Positions 29,075 through 38,785 of a stretch of DNA of 64,000 nucleotides are shown here, piece after piece. Each line of letters opens with the position of its first letter. Positions within the stretch are counted from its first letter, which is position 1. Source of the DNA: an uncultured bacterium. GTDB taxonomy: Bacteria > Patescibacteriota > Dojkabacteria > J137. The notes under the pieces are model-generated. The model did not search any database and was not told where the DNA came from. It was given only the letters and a program-made list of their open reading frames with translations. The stretch is from contig OY969472.1 in assembly GCA_963700155.1 (NCBI GenBank), positions 872,690-936,689 of the forward strand, given 5' to 3'. Both the position numbers and the translations under genes were made by a program.

Positions 29075-29148
29075 TACGCCTGGAGGGACTCGAACCCCCA
29101 ACACCTTGTTCCGAAGACAAGTGCTCTATCCAATTGAGCTACAGGCGC
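29075..29148 (-). tRNA. tRNA-Arg (anticodon TCG)
   Basis: A manual fold gives a 7-bp acceptor stem with G1·U72, U8, the D-arm GCTC/GAGC with A20, the anticodon stem CTTGT/ACAAG and the loop CTTCGGA (anticodon TCG, C35). The T-loop is TTCGAGT. No CCA is encoded. Confidence 0.65.
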
Positions 29149-29266
29149 ATTTGCTATAAAAGAATTATACAACACCTTAGTATTTATAAAAACTTAATAT
29201 GCTTTTCCTAGATATATTTAAGTACATCCATTAGAATAGATTTATCTTAAGTAATAATTTAATTCT

Positions 29267-29767
29267 ATGAATTTATTCATAATCTATTTTGTTTTAATTT
29301 TTGCAGTACTATTATATTTATCATTTCATGATATAAGATTTAACGAAATCCCAACTTTACCAACAATTGGTGGAATTGTAATTACATTATTTTTTATAAT
29401 AATTAATTCTTTATTTAACTTAAATATTGAAAAACTCCCAAGTCTTCTAGATGGATTAATAGGTGCTTTAATTGCAGGTGGTGTAATTTTCCTTATTGTT
29501 TTTATAAGTAAAGAGAAAGCAATGGGGAAGGGTGATATACTTTTAGCGATTATAATGGGATTAAGTTTAGGATATAGAAATTTATTTATAGGTTTTTCAA
29601 TTGCAATTTATAGTGGAACAATTTATGGGTTGGTTTTAAGTTTAATAAAAAGAAAATTCCATGGATTGACTCTTCCGTTTGTCCCATTTATTTCGCTTGG
29701 AATAGTACTTGCACTTCTTTACTCTTCAGATATTATAAACATTTATTATAAACTTACTGGACTATAG
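29267..29767 (+). CDS. Prepilin peptidase, short CpaA/TadV-like A24 family
   Basis: It is a polytopic membrane protein with a first catalytic Asp context 'SFHDIRFNEIP' and a second 'MGKGDILLAIIMGL' (GGGDVKL-like). Its 166 aa means it lacks a methyltransferase domain. Confidence 0.55.
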   Translation: MNLFIIYFVLIFAVLLYLSFHDIRFNEIPTLPTIGGIVITLFFIIINSLFNLNIEKLPSLLDGLIGALIAGGVIFLIVFISKEKAMGKGDILLAIIMGLSLGYRNLFIGFSIAIYSGTIYGLVLSLIKRKFHGLTLPFVPFISLGIVLALLYSSDIINIYYKLTGL

Positions 29768-30149
29768 ATATTGGATTGTGAGTAATATCTACTTCTACAC
29801 TTTTTTGATAGAAATATTCTCCATTATTAGAACTTACAGAAATTATTTTATATGAAGGATTTACATCACTAGATATTTCAGCAGTACAATCAATATCTGA
29901 CGCACTTAAATTAATAGTACCTGTAAAGCTAGAATTTTCGGATAATTTTTCTAAACTATCTTCTATGCAAGACTCAGCTTCAATAGAAACTTGATTAGTA
30001 TTAATTAATCCTTTAAGCGATTTGTTTAAATCTATTGAATTTAGAACTAATGAAGTCCCACTCAATAGAAGAATTGTTGACATGATGATCAGTGCTATTA
30101 ATGCGGCAGCACCTTTCTGTTTTTCTTTAATCGATAATATATGTATCAC
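29754..30149 (-). CDS. Minor pilin-like protein (non-canonical prepilin N-terminus)
   Basis: The N-terminal 'KQKGAAALIALIIMSTILL' is a pilin-like hydrophobic helix. It is the last gene of the pilus operon. Confidence 0.3.
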   Translation of the reverse strand: MIHILSIKEKQKGAAALIALIIMSTILLLSGTSLVLNSIDLNKSLKGLINTNQVSIEAESCIEDSLEKLSENSSFTGTINLSASDIDCTAEISSDVNPSYKIISVSSNNGEYFYQKSVEVDITHNPISIVQ

Positions 30150-30618
30150 TAATATCGCTTGTAATATTTAAGTTTTTATTTGATGCAACACTAAAATCAA
30201 GAATAACTCCGTTCACGCTTGACCCTTCCATTATTCTTTGTAATTTAAATTTTGTTACTACCACATTTGATCCAGTTATATTATTAGCACTATCTGTATC
30301 AACAATTAATCTGCCATTCTGAACATGATAAATCGAAGTTGAATTATCACTTTGAACTAGTACCAAAGTCCCAGTATCACTGTCAAAAACTGAGTTATTT
30401 GTATCGATTGATTTAATTGTCCTAAAAGCTTCTTCAATATTTTCAGTAACAAATAATGCAGCTTTTTCAGTCTCAATTTGATATTTATTTCTATTGTTAA
30501 GATCGCTAATAATAAATACGAAAGAGATAATTGTTGTAAAAATAAAACCAAAAAGTCCTATATATAAAATTACTTCAACTAATGTAAATGCTTTTTTATG
30601 ACTTTCTATTCGATTCAT
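30127..30618 (-). CDS. Pseudopilin / minor pilin
   Basis: The class III signal 'KKAFTLVEVILYIGLF' is present, with Ala at position -1 and Glu at +5. Confidence 0.55.
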   Translation of the reverse strand: MNRIESHKKAFTLVEVILYIGLFGFIFTTIISFVFIISDLNNRNKYQIETEKAALFVTENIEEAFRTIKSIDTNNSVFDSDTGTLVLVQSDNSTSIYHVQNGRLIVDTDSANNITGSNVVVTKFKLQRIMEGSSVNGVILDFSVASNKNLNITSDISDTYIID

Positions 30619-30619
30619 T

Positions 30620-32569
30620 TTATTTCTGATAAGTTAAGGTCAGATCTTCAAGCTCAGCTGTCGAAAGCTGATTTGATGAAAAATTAATTTTATATTGGAA
30701 ATATCTCTTATTGTAAACAAGACTAGGTATATAATCTCCATCTGAAATTGCAAATGATGTCGAGGAGGTCCCGTCGGGTCCAACCCAATTTGTACTACTG
30801 GACATATCTGAATTAGAACTGCTTCTAACTTGTACATTCATATTTGTGTTGACTGGAATGGTACCGTTAAAATCAATTGTATAATATTTACTTGTACTTG
30901 ATGTAGAATCAAAAATAGTTGATGTATAAGTTCCTGATAAGGCATATCCTTCACCGGAGCCATTCCCCCCGCCGGGACCTCCTCTTAGAATTTTAAATTC
31001 TGAACTACTATCATCGGTCACTAAATAAGCAAAAGCATTTCCTTGTGCATCTGAAACAGTATCAATATCTTCAATCCCATTGTTTATATCCATTCCACCA
31101 CAAAATGTCGGACTATGTTCATTTGAAATATCTACAGCCTGATATTCCTGACCATTTTTACCAACCAATACTGCCCTGTTATCTTGAGTTACTATTGCTA
31201 TTCCGGTAATACTCATTCCGTGAGTGTTATAACTTCCGATAATACTAGGTGAGTTTTTATTTGAAGTATTCATAATAAAAAATTCATTCTCTGATGAACC
31301 ATAATTAGTTCCAAAATAAGCCCTATTCCCATCGGGAGAGACATAAACATCTGATGTTTGTAAATTATTTACACTTGATTTTGATAAGAAGCTCATATTT
31401 GATGGATTGGAAACATTTGCTATTGAAAGTTCATACCAGTCATTATTCAATGCTGCGAATAAATAATTTCCTCTAACAACAATCTGACTAACATAATCAC
31501 TACCAAAGAAGAAAACAGGATCTCTTGCCATAGTGATCTCACCATATTTCGCTCTTGAACCAGTATTAGATGTCAAATTAAACGATTGTACTATTTCGCC
31601 TGTTGCAACATAACCAACAGTTCCAGAAACGTATACACTATCTGCATCTGTTGTACCGCTTGCATTAAAGTAACCAATCTGTTGATAAGGATACTGACTT
31701 ATATCTAATATAACTACTTCTTTACTGTTATCTGTTGTAGCTAAATATGCAACATTTCCTACAATAAAAATATCATTTACGGCGTAACCCCCAAAGGTTC
31801 CTTCTACAGAAATCGTCGGAGGGGTTACGCCGCTTATATTTAACTTAGTCATCGCTGTAGTCGTATTTGTCCCTGCGGTTCCAAGATATGCATGCCCTGT
31901 ATTCGCAAATATTGTTTTAGAAACAGAGTTACCAGGTAGGTCATATTGATTTAACTGTAAAGATGGGTTGCACCAGTCAGGATAAATTATTGTTTGAAGT
32001 TGGACACTTCCCCCTCCATTTGAAGTTACAATAGTATTGTCATTTGTTCCCTGATTAAAATCACTTGTTGAAGTTTGAGTCCATGTATTGCTGTTCCAAT
32101 TAGTTATATAAAATTGAGAACTAATTAAATTATCAAATCCAAATTTATCTACCCATTCTGAACTAATTTGAATTAATTTAGAGTTCAAATCAGTTGTACC
32201 ACCTGAAGTTACAAAATTCCCATTAGTATCTCTTAGAGCACTCTGTACTTTGAAGCTATAACTTATTCCATCTAAATTTTCTGAACCATCTACAATACTA
32301 TAAGTACTTCCAGAATATGCAAGATGTTTATCTCCTGAATCAATAAGCATAGATTCCCAGAGTGAATTTTTTTTATCAACTAAAATTTGGGACATATCAT
32401 GCATTTTTATTGAAGCAATATTACTTTTCCATCTATCTTCTGAAAGTCTTAATGCCGCAATACTAAATGTCGCTAAACTATATATCACCAATGAAATTAA
32501 AGCTAATACAATTATTATTTCAGTTACACTAAATGCCTTAAATTTTTTATTAATTTTGAGCTTTTTCAT
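30620..32569 (-). CDS. Giant (649-aa) pilin-like protein with a large Ser/Thr/Gly/Asn-rich beta domain; candidate pilus-tip adhesin
   Basis: The N-terminal 'KAFSVTEIIIVLALISL' is a prepilin-type signal. The remainder is Ser/Thr/Gly/Asn-rich with repeated SG/GT motifs. Confidence 0.5.
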   Translation of the reverse strand: MKKLKINKKFKAFSVTEIIIVLALISLVIYSLATFSIAALRLSEDRWKSNIASIKMHDMSQILVDKKNSLWESMLIDSGDKHLAYSGSTYSIVDGSENLDGISYSFKVQSALRDTNGNFVTSGGTTDLNSKLIQISSEWVDKFGFDNLISSQFYITNWNSNTWTQTSTSDFNQGTNDNTIVTSNGGGSVQLQTIIYPDWCNPSLQLNQYDLPGNSVSKTIFANTGHAYLGTAGTNTTTAMTKLNISGVTPPTISVEGTFGGYAVNDIFIVGNVAYLATTDNSKEVVILDISQYPYQQIGYFNASGTTDADSVYVSGTVGYVATGEIVQSFNLTSNTGSRAKYGEITMARDPVFFFGSDYVSQIVVRGNYLFAALNNDWYELSIANVSNPSNMSFLSKSSVNNLQTSDVYVSPDGNRAYFGTNYGSSENEFFIMNTSNKNSPSIIGSYNTHGMSITGIAIVTQDNRAVLVGKNGQEYQAVDISNEHSPTFCGGMDINNGIEDIDTVSDAQGNAFAYLVTDDSSSEFKILRGGPGGGNGSGEGYALSGTYTSTIFDSTSSTSKYYTIDFNGTIPVNTNMNVQVRSSSNSDMSSSTNWVGPDGTSSTSFAISDGDYIPSLVYNKRYFQYKINFSSNQLSTAELEDLTLTYQK

Positions 32570-33039
32570 ACTTTATAATATTCAATAAATCCTTCTTTAT
32601 TAATACTTAATCTATATATAACACTTCCATCGGATAAATTCATATCACCTGTTGCATTTGGTTTTAATGACCCTTGATTAAAAACAATCTCATTACCACC
32701 AGAATTTAAATTAATATTTTGTATTGAAACTTTATTTAGAGGGATAACTTCAATTTGTTCCGCGCTTGAATAACTTGGACCAATAAAAATACTGTAGCTT
32801 GATGAGTCGAATTTAATACCATAGCTTTTATCTGATAAACCAGCATAAGCATTTTGTTGATAAACATAAAGTTGTGATGCAAGGTCACTAGTCTGACTTT
32901 CAATGGATTGATTGTAAACATTAGTTATACTACCAGGAAGAACTAAAAGTGATATAAATCCTATAATACCTAAGACAACTAATAATTCAAGAAGTGTATA
33001 GCCTTTTTTTTTACTTTGGAAATTACTTTTATACTTCAT
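32566..33039 (-). CDS. Pseudopilin / minor pilin
   Basis: The N-terminal 'KKGYTLLELLVVLGIIGFI' is a canonical class III signal with Glu at +5. Confidence 0.6.
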   Translation of the reverse strand: MKYKSNFQSKKKGYTLLELLVVLGIIGFISLLVLPGSITNVYNQSIESQTSDLASQLYVYQQNAYAGLSDKSYGIKFDSSSYSIFIGPSYSSAEQIEVIPLNKVSIQNINLNSGGNEIVFNQGSLKPNATGDMNLSDGSVIYRLSINKEGFIEYYKV

Positions 33040-34114
33040 TTATACTTCCGGTTAGCTGATAAATTGGTGTAATTATTAATAAAGCCAATCCTCCAATTAG
33101 AACACCAATAAAGATAAGAAGTAAAGGCTCAATTAAAGTTGTAATATTATTACTCATCTCAGTTAGGTCTTCAGTGTAAAGATCATAAAGGTAAGTTAAA
33201 TTATCTTCTAAATTCCCAGTCTCCTCTCCTATTTCGACCATCTTTCGATAACTTTCAGGAAAATATTTTGGATAAACAGCTAAAGAGCTAGCCAAATTTT
33301 TCCCAGCTTTTACATCTTCAGTTACTTTCCCTAATATATGAGCATAATAAGAATTCAACATTGTTGCTTGTGCAATAACTAATGCTTTTTGTAAAGGGAT
33401 TCCACTTTCTAAAAGAATCGCTAAAGTTCTTGAAAATGTGGATAAAATATCTGCAACATTCATCTTCTTGAAAACAGGAAATCTTAATGCGACGAAATCT
33501 TTAAATCTTTTTCCTGGTTTAGTTCCCAAAGCCCAATTTATAAAGATTAAAATAATTATTCCTCCGATAAGAAGATAAACTCCATTTTCTCTAATAAATG
33601 CACTTAAGTTCAGAATACCTTTAGTAAAATCAGGTATATTTTTAAAAGTACTAAATAAAGCTTCAAGTTTAGGAAGTATAAAATAAATAATCCCGATAAA
33701 TTCTATAAATGTCATAAACAATATTATTATTGGATATGTTGTTGCCCCTTTAATTTTTTTATGAAGTTCGTAATTCTTTTTTAAATAATCTGATAAAAAT
33801 AATAAATTATTTTCTAATGTTGCTCCCTGTTCACCAACGTCTATTATAGAAGTAATAATAGTAGAAAAAGCATCAGGAAATTTTTTCATGGCTTCCGCGA
33901 GAGTTACACCAGATTGGACATCTTTTTGAACACTTTCGTAAACTTTTTTTAATTTCTCATCTTGAATTTGGTTGCTTACTACACCTAAGGCTTCTGAAAT
34001 ATCGATTCCGGATTTTAATAATGTTGATAAATTTCTAATAGATAATGCAATCTCTAACTGAGAATAATTGTGAAAAAGATAAATTGTTTTTGTTTTACTT
34101 ATTTGTATTGTCAT
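33029..34114 (-). CDS. Type II secretion/T4P platform protein (GspF/PilC family)
   Basis: It is ~360 aa with three TM helices and two GspF-type cytoplasmic repeats ('SLSTLLKSGIDISEAL', 'RTLAILLESGIPLQKAL'). Confidence 0.8.
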   Translation of the reverse strand: MTIQISKTKTIYLFHNYSQLEIALSIRNLSTLLKSGIDISEALGVVSNQIQDEKLKKVYESVQKDVQSGVTLAEAMKKFPDAFSTIITSIIDVGEQGATLENNLLFLSDYLKKNYELHKKIKGATTYPIIILFMTFIEFIGIIYFILPKLEALFSTFKNIPDFTKGILNLSAFIRENGVYLLIGGIIILIFINWALGTKPGKRFKDFVALRFPVFKKMNVADILSTFSRTLAILLESGIPLQKALVIAQATMLNSYYAHILGKVTEDVKAGKNLASSLAVYPKYFPESYRKMVEIGEETGNLEDNLTYLYDLYTEDLTEMSNNITTLIEPLLLIFIGVLIGGLALLIITPIYQLTGSINEV

Positions 34115-34117
34115 TTA

Positions 34118-35410
34118 TTATTCTTTAATAGCTGTTACTCTCATTAATTCTGATAAACTAATAATTCCTTGTTTCATTTTAGCAACTCCGTCTTCAACAA
34201 TTAATACTAATCCTTGTTGTCTTGCTACATCAAATATATCATCAATATTCCCCTTCTCCGAGATTAATTTTCTTATCTCTTTTTTTACTTCAAGAATCTC
34301 ATATAATCCAATTCTCCCTTTAAATCCAGATGCACTACATTCACTACAACCTTTCTCTTTATAAAGTGTTTCTCCGGGTTTGACTAGTTCAGCAATATCT
34401 GGTCTCATTTTTTTTAATTCTGTATGTTCAGCCTCAGTTAATGCATATTTAACCTTACATTTTTCACACAACCTTCTGGAAAGTCTTTGGGCAATAATGA
34501 TATTTAAAGTACTTGCAATAAGAAATTCTTCTACTCCCATATCAACAAGCCTAGGAATTGTTGTAATAGCATCGTTGGTGTGCAGACTTGACAATACCAT
34601 ATGTCCGGTCATTGCAGAGTTTATCGCAATTTTTGCTGTTTCATCATCTCTAATTTCTCCGATCATAATGATATTCGGGTCTTGTCTGAGTATCGCTCTA
34701 AGTCCATTCGCAAACGTCAAGTCTGCACGAGGGTTTATTTGTACATGATTAACTCCTTTAATACTATATTCAACTGGATCTTCAACAGTAGTAATATTAA
34801 CTTCTCTTGAATTTAAAAGTTTCAAAATTGCATATAGTGTAGTAGTTTTTCCTGATCCTGTAGGTCCTACTGTTAAAATCATCCCATAAGGTTTATTGTA
34901 TGCTCTTTTCACCTCATCGAGCTTATCTCCTATAATACCTAAATCTTCTAAAGATATTTCTTTACCTTCAGAAGACAAAAGTCTTATTACTACTTTCTCT
35001 CCTTTCGTAGTAGGAAGAATTGAGATCCTTGTGTCAACTTTCAATTTATCAAATTGGAATGTAATTCTTCCGTCTTGAGGTGCAAAGTGTTCATCTGTTG
35101 GAAGTTTAGCGTTAATTTTGATCTTGAAAAGTAAAGGTTGCTCAATCTCCTTTTCTAAAGTTAAAACATCTCTGAGAATTCCATCAATTCTGTATCTTAT
35201 AAAAATTCTATCATCTGCTGGTTCAATGTGAATATCAGAAGCTTTACTTTCATACGCATTTAAGGCAATACTTTCAAGTAGATCGCTGACGTTTGCAGGA
35301 ATTCCTTTATCGGAAGAAGGGCTTAAAGCCTGCCTTACTCTTTTCAAAAAAACACTTTTAGTTTCTTCTTTTTCTTCTTTTGATTTGATTTCGGATACTG
35401 GTTGGTCCAT
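34118..35410 (-). CDS. Type II secretion/T4P assembly ATPase (GspE/PilB family)
   Basis: It has the Walker A 'VGPTGSGKTTTLYA', Asp/His boxes and a tetracysteine motif 'CEKC...CSEC'. Confidence 0.85.
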   Translation of the reverse strand: MDQPVSEIKSKEEKEETKSVFLKRVRQALSPSSDKGIPANVSDLLESIALNAYESKASDIHIEPADDRIFIRYRIDGILRDVLTLEKEIEQPLLFKIKINAKLPTDEHFAPQDGRITFQFDKLKVDTRISILPTTKGEKVVIRLLSSEGKEISLEDLGIIGDKLDEVKRAYNKPYGMILTVGPTGSGKTTTLYAILKLLNSREVNITTVEDPVEYSIKGVNHVQINPRADLTFANGLRAILRQDPNIIMIGEIRDDETAKIAINSAMTGHMVLSSLHTNDAITTIPRLVDMGVEEFLIASTLNIIIAQRLSRRLCEKCKVKYALTEAEHTELKKMRPDIAELVKPGETLYKEKGCSECSASGFKGRIGLYEILEVKKEIRKLISEKGNIDDIFDVARQQGLVLIVEDGVAKMKQGIISLSELMRVTAIKE

Positions 35411-35434
35411 TTATTTTTTTTGCGTTAATTATTT

Positions 35435-35460
35435 AAGAAAGGAGCTTAAGCTCCTTTCTT
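35435..35460. terminator. Perfect 13-bp palindrome AAGAAAGGAGCTT|AAGCTCCTTTCTT between the major pilin gene and gspE
   Basis: The hairpin lies immediately downstream of the pilin gene on the minus strand. The U-tract is weak, which suggests an attenuator or partial terminator. Confidence 0.4.
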
Positions 35461-35492
35461 AATAAAGTTTAAAACTTTAAAACTTAGTATTC

Positions 35493-35942
35493 TTATCTTT
35501 CTACACTAATTGTTTTTCCAGCTTCAGCATCAGGAGCAGTAATTTGAATTCTTCCTGCTGATGCAGATGTTGTACAAATTGTATAGTGTGTATCAGCTGC
35601 ATCTCCTGTTGAAGGATCAAAAGGAATGGCTACAAGATAAGTTGGAACTAATCTCGTAGATAGATCAACATCTGAAGTACCTATTTCAGCCGGAGTTGCT
35701 GAACATAATGGAATTGTTCCTAAGTCAGATAATTGATGTCCCTGCTCTCCTGTGTATTGTGTAACAGCACTTAAGATTTCAGCTACATCAGAGCTTCTCT
35801 GAGTATTTCTAGCATCTGCAAAGTTCTTTGCAGGATTAATAGCAATAATTGTAATTGCTGCAAGTATCGCAATAAGAGCGACAACGACTAAGATTTCGAC
35901 AAGTGTGAAACCTTTGAGATTTTTTGAGCTTTCTCTAAGCAT
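35493..35942 (-). CDS. Major type IV pilin (PilA-like)
   Basis: The canonical 'KGFTLVEILVVVALIAILAAI' prepilin N-terminus is present. It is the first gene of the operon, with its own promoter and a downstream hairpin. Confidence 0.75.
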   Translation of the reverse strand: MLRESSKNLKGFTLVEILVVVALIAILAAITIIAINPAKNFADARNTQRSSDVAEILSAVTQYTGEQGHQLSDLGTIPLCSATPAEIGTSDVDLSTRLVPTYLVAIPFDPSTGDAADTHYTICTTSASAGRIQITAPDAEAGKTISVER

Positions 35943-35981
35943 ATTAATAAAAATAAGAAATAAATATTTTCGAACTAATTT

Positions 35982-36010
35982 AGTATAGAAAAGTGATTAT
36001 GTGGTGTCAA
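35982..36010 (-). promoter_or_regulatory. Sigma70-like promoter for the major pilin gene (TTGACA-17 nt-TATACT on the minus strand)
   Basis: The reverse complement reads TTGACAccacataatcacttttcTATACT, ~40 nt upstream of the pilin ATG at 35942. Confidence 0.4.
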
Positions 36011-36122
36011 GAAAGAAAAATAGAAATAAAGTTTTTCTTTAATTTCTTCATATTCTTTTCTACTTCAAGCCAAATTCATATTTGAAAGTTATCGTAAGAT
36101 AATTAAATTTTAGATTTGTTTT

Positions 36123-36794
36123 ATGGCTAAGATTATTAATGTTAAAAATCTTACTAAGACTTATTCTAACGGCAGACAGAATGTAAATGCTTTAGAAGAT
36201 GTAAGTTTTGATTTAGATGAAAATGAAAGTATGGTTATTCTTGGTCCTTCAGGTTCAGGAAAATCTACAATGCTTCATATGATAGGTGCGCTCGATAAAC
36301 CAACTTCTGGGGAAATAGAGATTGCTGGAAAAAATATAAAAAAAATGAAAGATGATGAACTTTCAATTTTTAGGAATAAAACAATAGGTTTTGTATTTCA
36401 ATTTTTTTATCTTCAAGAATATCTAACTGCAAAAGAAAATGTAGCTCTACCAATGATAATTGGAGGCACGTCAAAAAAGATAGCTAATGAAAAAGCAGAT
36501 AAATTCCTGGAAGATGTGAATTTAAAAGATAGAATGAACGCCTTACCCGGACAAATGTCAGGTGGAGAAATGCAAAGAGTAGCAGTTGCAAGAGCTTTAG
36601 TAAATAATCCTAGAATTCTTTTAGCAGATGAACCAACTGGTAATTTAGATCGTGAAAATGCCGAAACTGTTATGGAGCTTTTTGACAAGATAGCTAATGA
36701 AGGGGTTAGCGTTGTTGTTATAACTCATGATCAAACTATCGGAGATAAATTTAATAAAGTAGTAAAGATAAATAAAGGGAAGGTGGAAAAATAA
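36123..36794 (+). CDS. ABC transporter ATP-binding protein (MacB/LolD-like)
   Basis: It has the Walker A 'GPSGSGKST', the ABC signature 'MSGGEMQRVAVARAL', a Walker B 'ILLADEPTGNLD' and an H-loop. Confidence 0.85.
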   Translation: MAKIINVKNLTKTYSNGRQNVNALEDVSFDLDENESMVILGPSGSGKSTMLHMIGALDKPTSGEIEIAGKNIKKMKDDELSIFRNKTIGFVFQFFYLQEYLTAKENVALPMIIGGTSKKIANEKADKFLEDVNLKDRMNALPGQMSGGEMQRVAVARALVNNPRILLADEPTGNLDRENAETVMELFDKIANEGVSVVVITHDQTIGDKFNKVVKINKGKVEK

Positions 36795-36831
36795 TTTTAA
36801 TCAATAAGGAAATATCTATTAATAAATTTTT

Positions 36832-38703
36832 ATGAATATTTTTACTTACAACTCACTAAATTTAAAGAAACTTAGAAAGTACAAATTGAAAGTTTTGCTT
36901 CTTGTTGTACCTATTATGATACTAGTAGCCTTAACAGTTTTGATCCCAAGTGAAGTACAGAATATAACTAATGCAATAAATCAAAGTTTTTTTGGGACAG
37001 TGGCTCAACAAAGTACTTTAATTCAGCTTTCCAAAACTCCTGAGAATAATAATTTTCAACAAAGCGGCGGCGGGTTTACTACAGGGAGTTTTAGTTCTTC
37101 AAATAACACTTTCACCGAAAGTGATCTTTCAACTATACAATCAATACCAAATGTAACCGCCGCCGCAATTAGCAGTACAGTCCCAGTGTCTAATGCTAAG
37201 ACTACTAATCTGATTACTAAAAAAACAGTTACCATAAACAGCTTAACTGGAATAGACAGTGAACTTGCAGGAATTTATACTACTCAAAATTTTGGATATT
37301 CATCTGATCAACCTATCCCAATAATTCTGAATGCAAATACTTTAAACGAGACTTATGAAGATTGGGGAGGGAAAGATAGTGTAACAATTGATATTACTCG
37401 TGGAGCGTCAAATGCTCAATCTGCTCTTTCAGAAAGTCCAATAAAAACAAGAGCTATTGATTACAATAAAGATAATTTGATTGGTAAAGAATTTACAATG
37501 TCTGTTGGTGGTTTAGACCCAATTCAGGACTACACTCAAAGTTTTTCATCTGGTGGAATTACTTTTACGAAAAGGACAAAAGATGATATTAAGACAGAAT
37601 CAGAATCACGAAAATCAGATATTTCAACTTACTGGAATTATTCTAAAATTAGTACACCACTAACCTATAAATTTATAGTTGTAGGTGTAATAAATGAAGA
37701 AGGAAATTTTACTAGCTATATTCCTGAATCAGCTGCACAAAAAATAATGAAAGATTATATTCAAAATCAATTAGATGCAAGAAATTCTACTGAGATCGAT
37801 ACCGCAGACTTGAATTCAAAGTTTGTTGGATTGACATATAATGGAACTGAGCTTCAGTCGTCTTCATTTAATGTAGGAGGAAGATTAGGAAGAGCAATAC
37901 GAGTTGAAGGTGGCTTAAGAGGTACAACTAATACTGTATTTGATCAGGAATCCTTAAGTTCAGGAAGCTCATATAATATTCCAGGATTGATAATTCAAAC
38001 AGAGGCAAACACTTCTTCTAGTAACACCAGTAGTAAGGGTTTTAATCCTTTTGCAAATAATGCAACTGTTGTTGGTGAGTATAAAGATTCAAATGTTTAT
38101 TCAACTAGTCCTAAATCAGGTACAACTGTTTTGATTAAAATAAATGATATAACAAACAGAACTCAAGTTGTTGCAGATTTAAATGTTAAAGGTTTTGCTT
38201 ATCAGGATGCTACAAATACTTCAATATTTACTGACTTGCAGAATAGTTTAAAAACTGTTTCGATAGTTCTTGCTGTAAGTTTTATTGTTTTAAGTGTTCT
38301 TATAATTATCTTTAATATGGGAAAGTTTGTTAGTGAGAGTACAAAGGAGATTGGGATTTTAAGAGCTATTGGTGCAAAAAGAAGTAGTATAAGGAATATC
38401 TTTTTGTTACAGGCTATTCTCTACTCTGTAATTGCGTATGTTATTGGAGCTTTTGTTGGTTTGATATTATTGTTCTTAGCTGTTGCTCCACTTTCTAACT
38501 GGTTTAATAATACGATTGGGAATACTTTGAAGCAAACTTATAATGTTGTTCAGATGCCGGATTCATCAGTGTTTGGGGGAATTGATTGGCAGTCCTTTGC
38601 GATTTATTCGATTGTATTCTTGGTTATAGTGATAATAGTGTCGTTAATTCCAGCGATTAGAGCTTCAAGGATAAGTCCGGTGAAAGCGATTAAAGGGGAA
38701 TAG
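36832..38703 (+). CDS. ABC transporter permease, FtsX/MacB-type with a large extracytoplasmic domain
   Basis: An N-terminal TM helix is followed by a ~400-aa Ser/Thr/Asn-rich extracellular region and a C-terminal FtsX-like 3-TM bundle ('ILRAIGAKRSSI...'). Confidence 0.65.
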   Translation: MNIFTYNSLNLKKLRKYKLKVLLLVVPIMILVALTVLIPSEVQNITNAINQSFFGTVAQQSTLIQLSKTPENNNFQQSGGGFTTGSFSSSNNTFTESDLSTIQSIPNVTAAAISSTVPVSNAKTTNLITKKTVTINSLTGIDSELAGIYTTQNFGYSSDQPIPIILNANTLNETYEDWGGKDSVTIDITRGASNAQSALSESPIKTRAIDYNKDNLIGKEFTMSVGGLDPIQDYTQSFSSGGITFTKRTKDDIKTESESRKSDISTYWNYSKISTPLTYKFIVVGVINEEGNFTSYIPESAAQKIMKDYIQNQLDARNSTEIDTADLNSKFVGLTYNGTELQSSSFNVGGRLGRAIRVEGGLRGTTNTVFDQESLSSGSSYNIPGLIIQTEANTSSSNTSSKGFNPFANNATVVGEYKDSNVYSTSPKSGTTVLIKINDITNRTQVVADLNVKGFAYQDATNTSIFTDLQNSLKTVSIVLAVSFIVLSVLIIIFNMGKFVSESTKEIGILRAIGAKRSSIRNIFLLQAILYSVIAYVIGAFVGLILLFLAVAPLSNWFNNTIGNTLKQTYNVVQMPDSSVFGGIDWQSFAIYSIVFLVIVIIVSLIPAIRASRISPVKAIKGE

Positions 38704-38724
38704 AATGTTAGTATAAATTTCAGA

Positions 38725-38748
38725 GGCGAGGTCTAAAGACCTCGCCTA
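38725..38748. terminator. Hairpin AGGCGAGGTCT-aa-AGACCTCGCCT (bidirectional terminator)
   Basis: An 11-bp perfect stem sits between the convergent ABC permease gene and the 38786..39319 ORF. Confidence 0.5.
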
Positions 38749-38785
38749 TTCATTACAAGGAAAGAATTTATCCAAAATTGAATTA

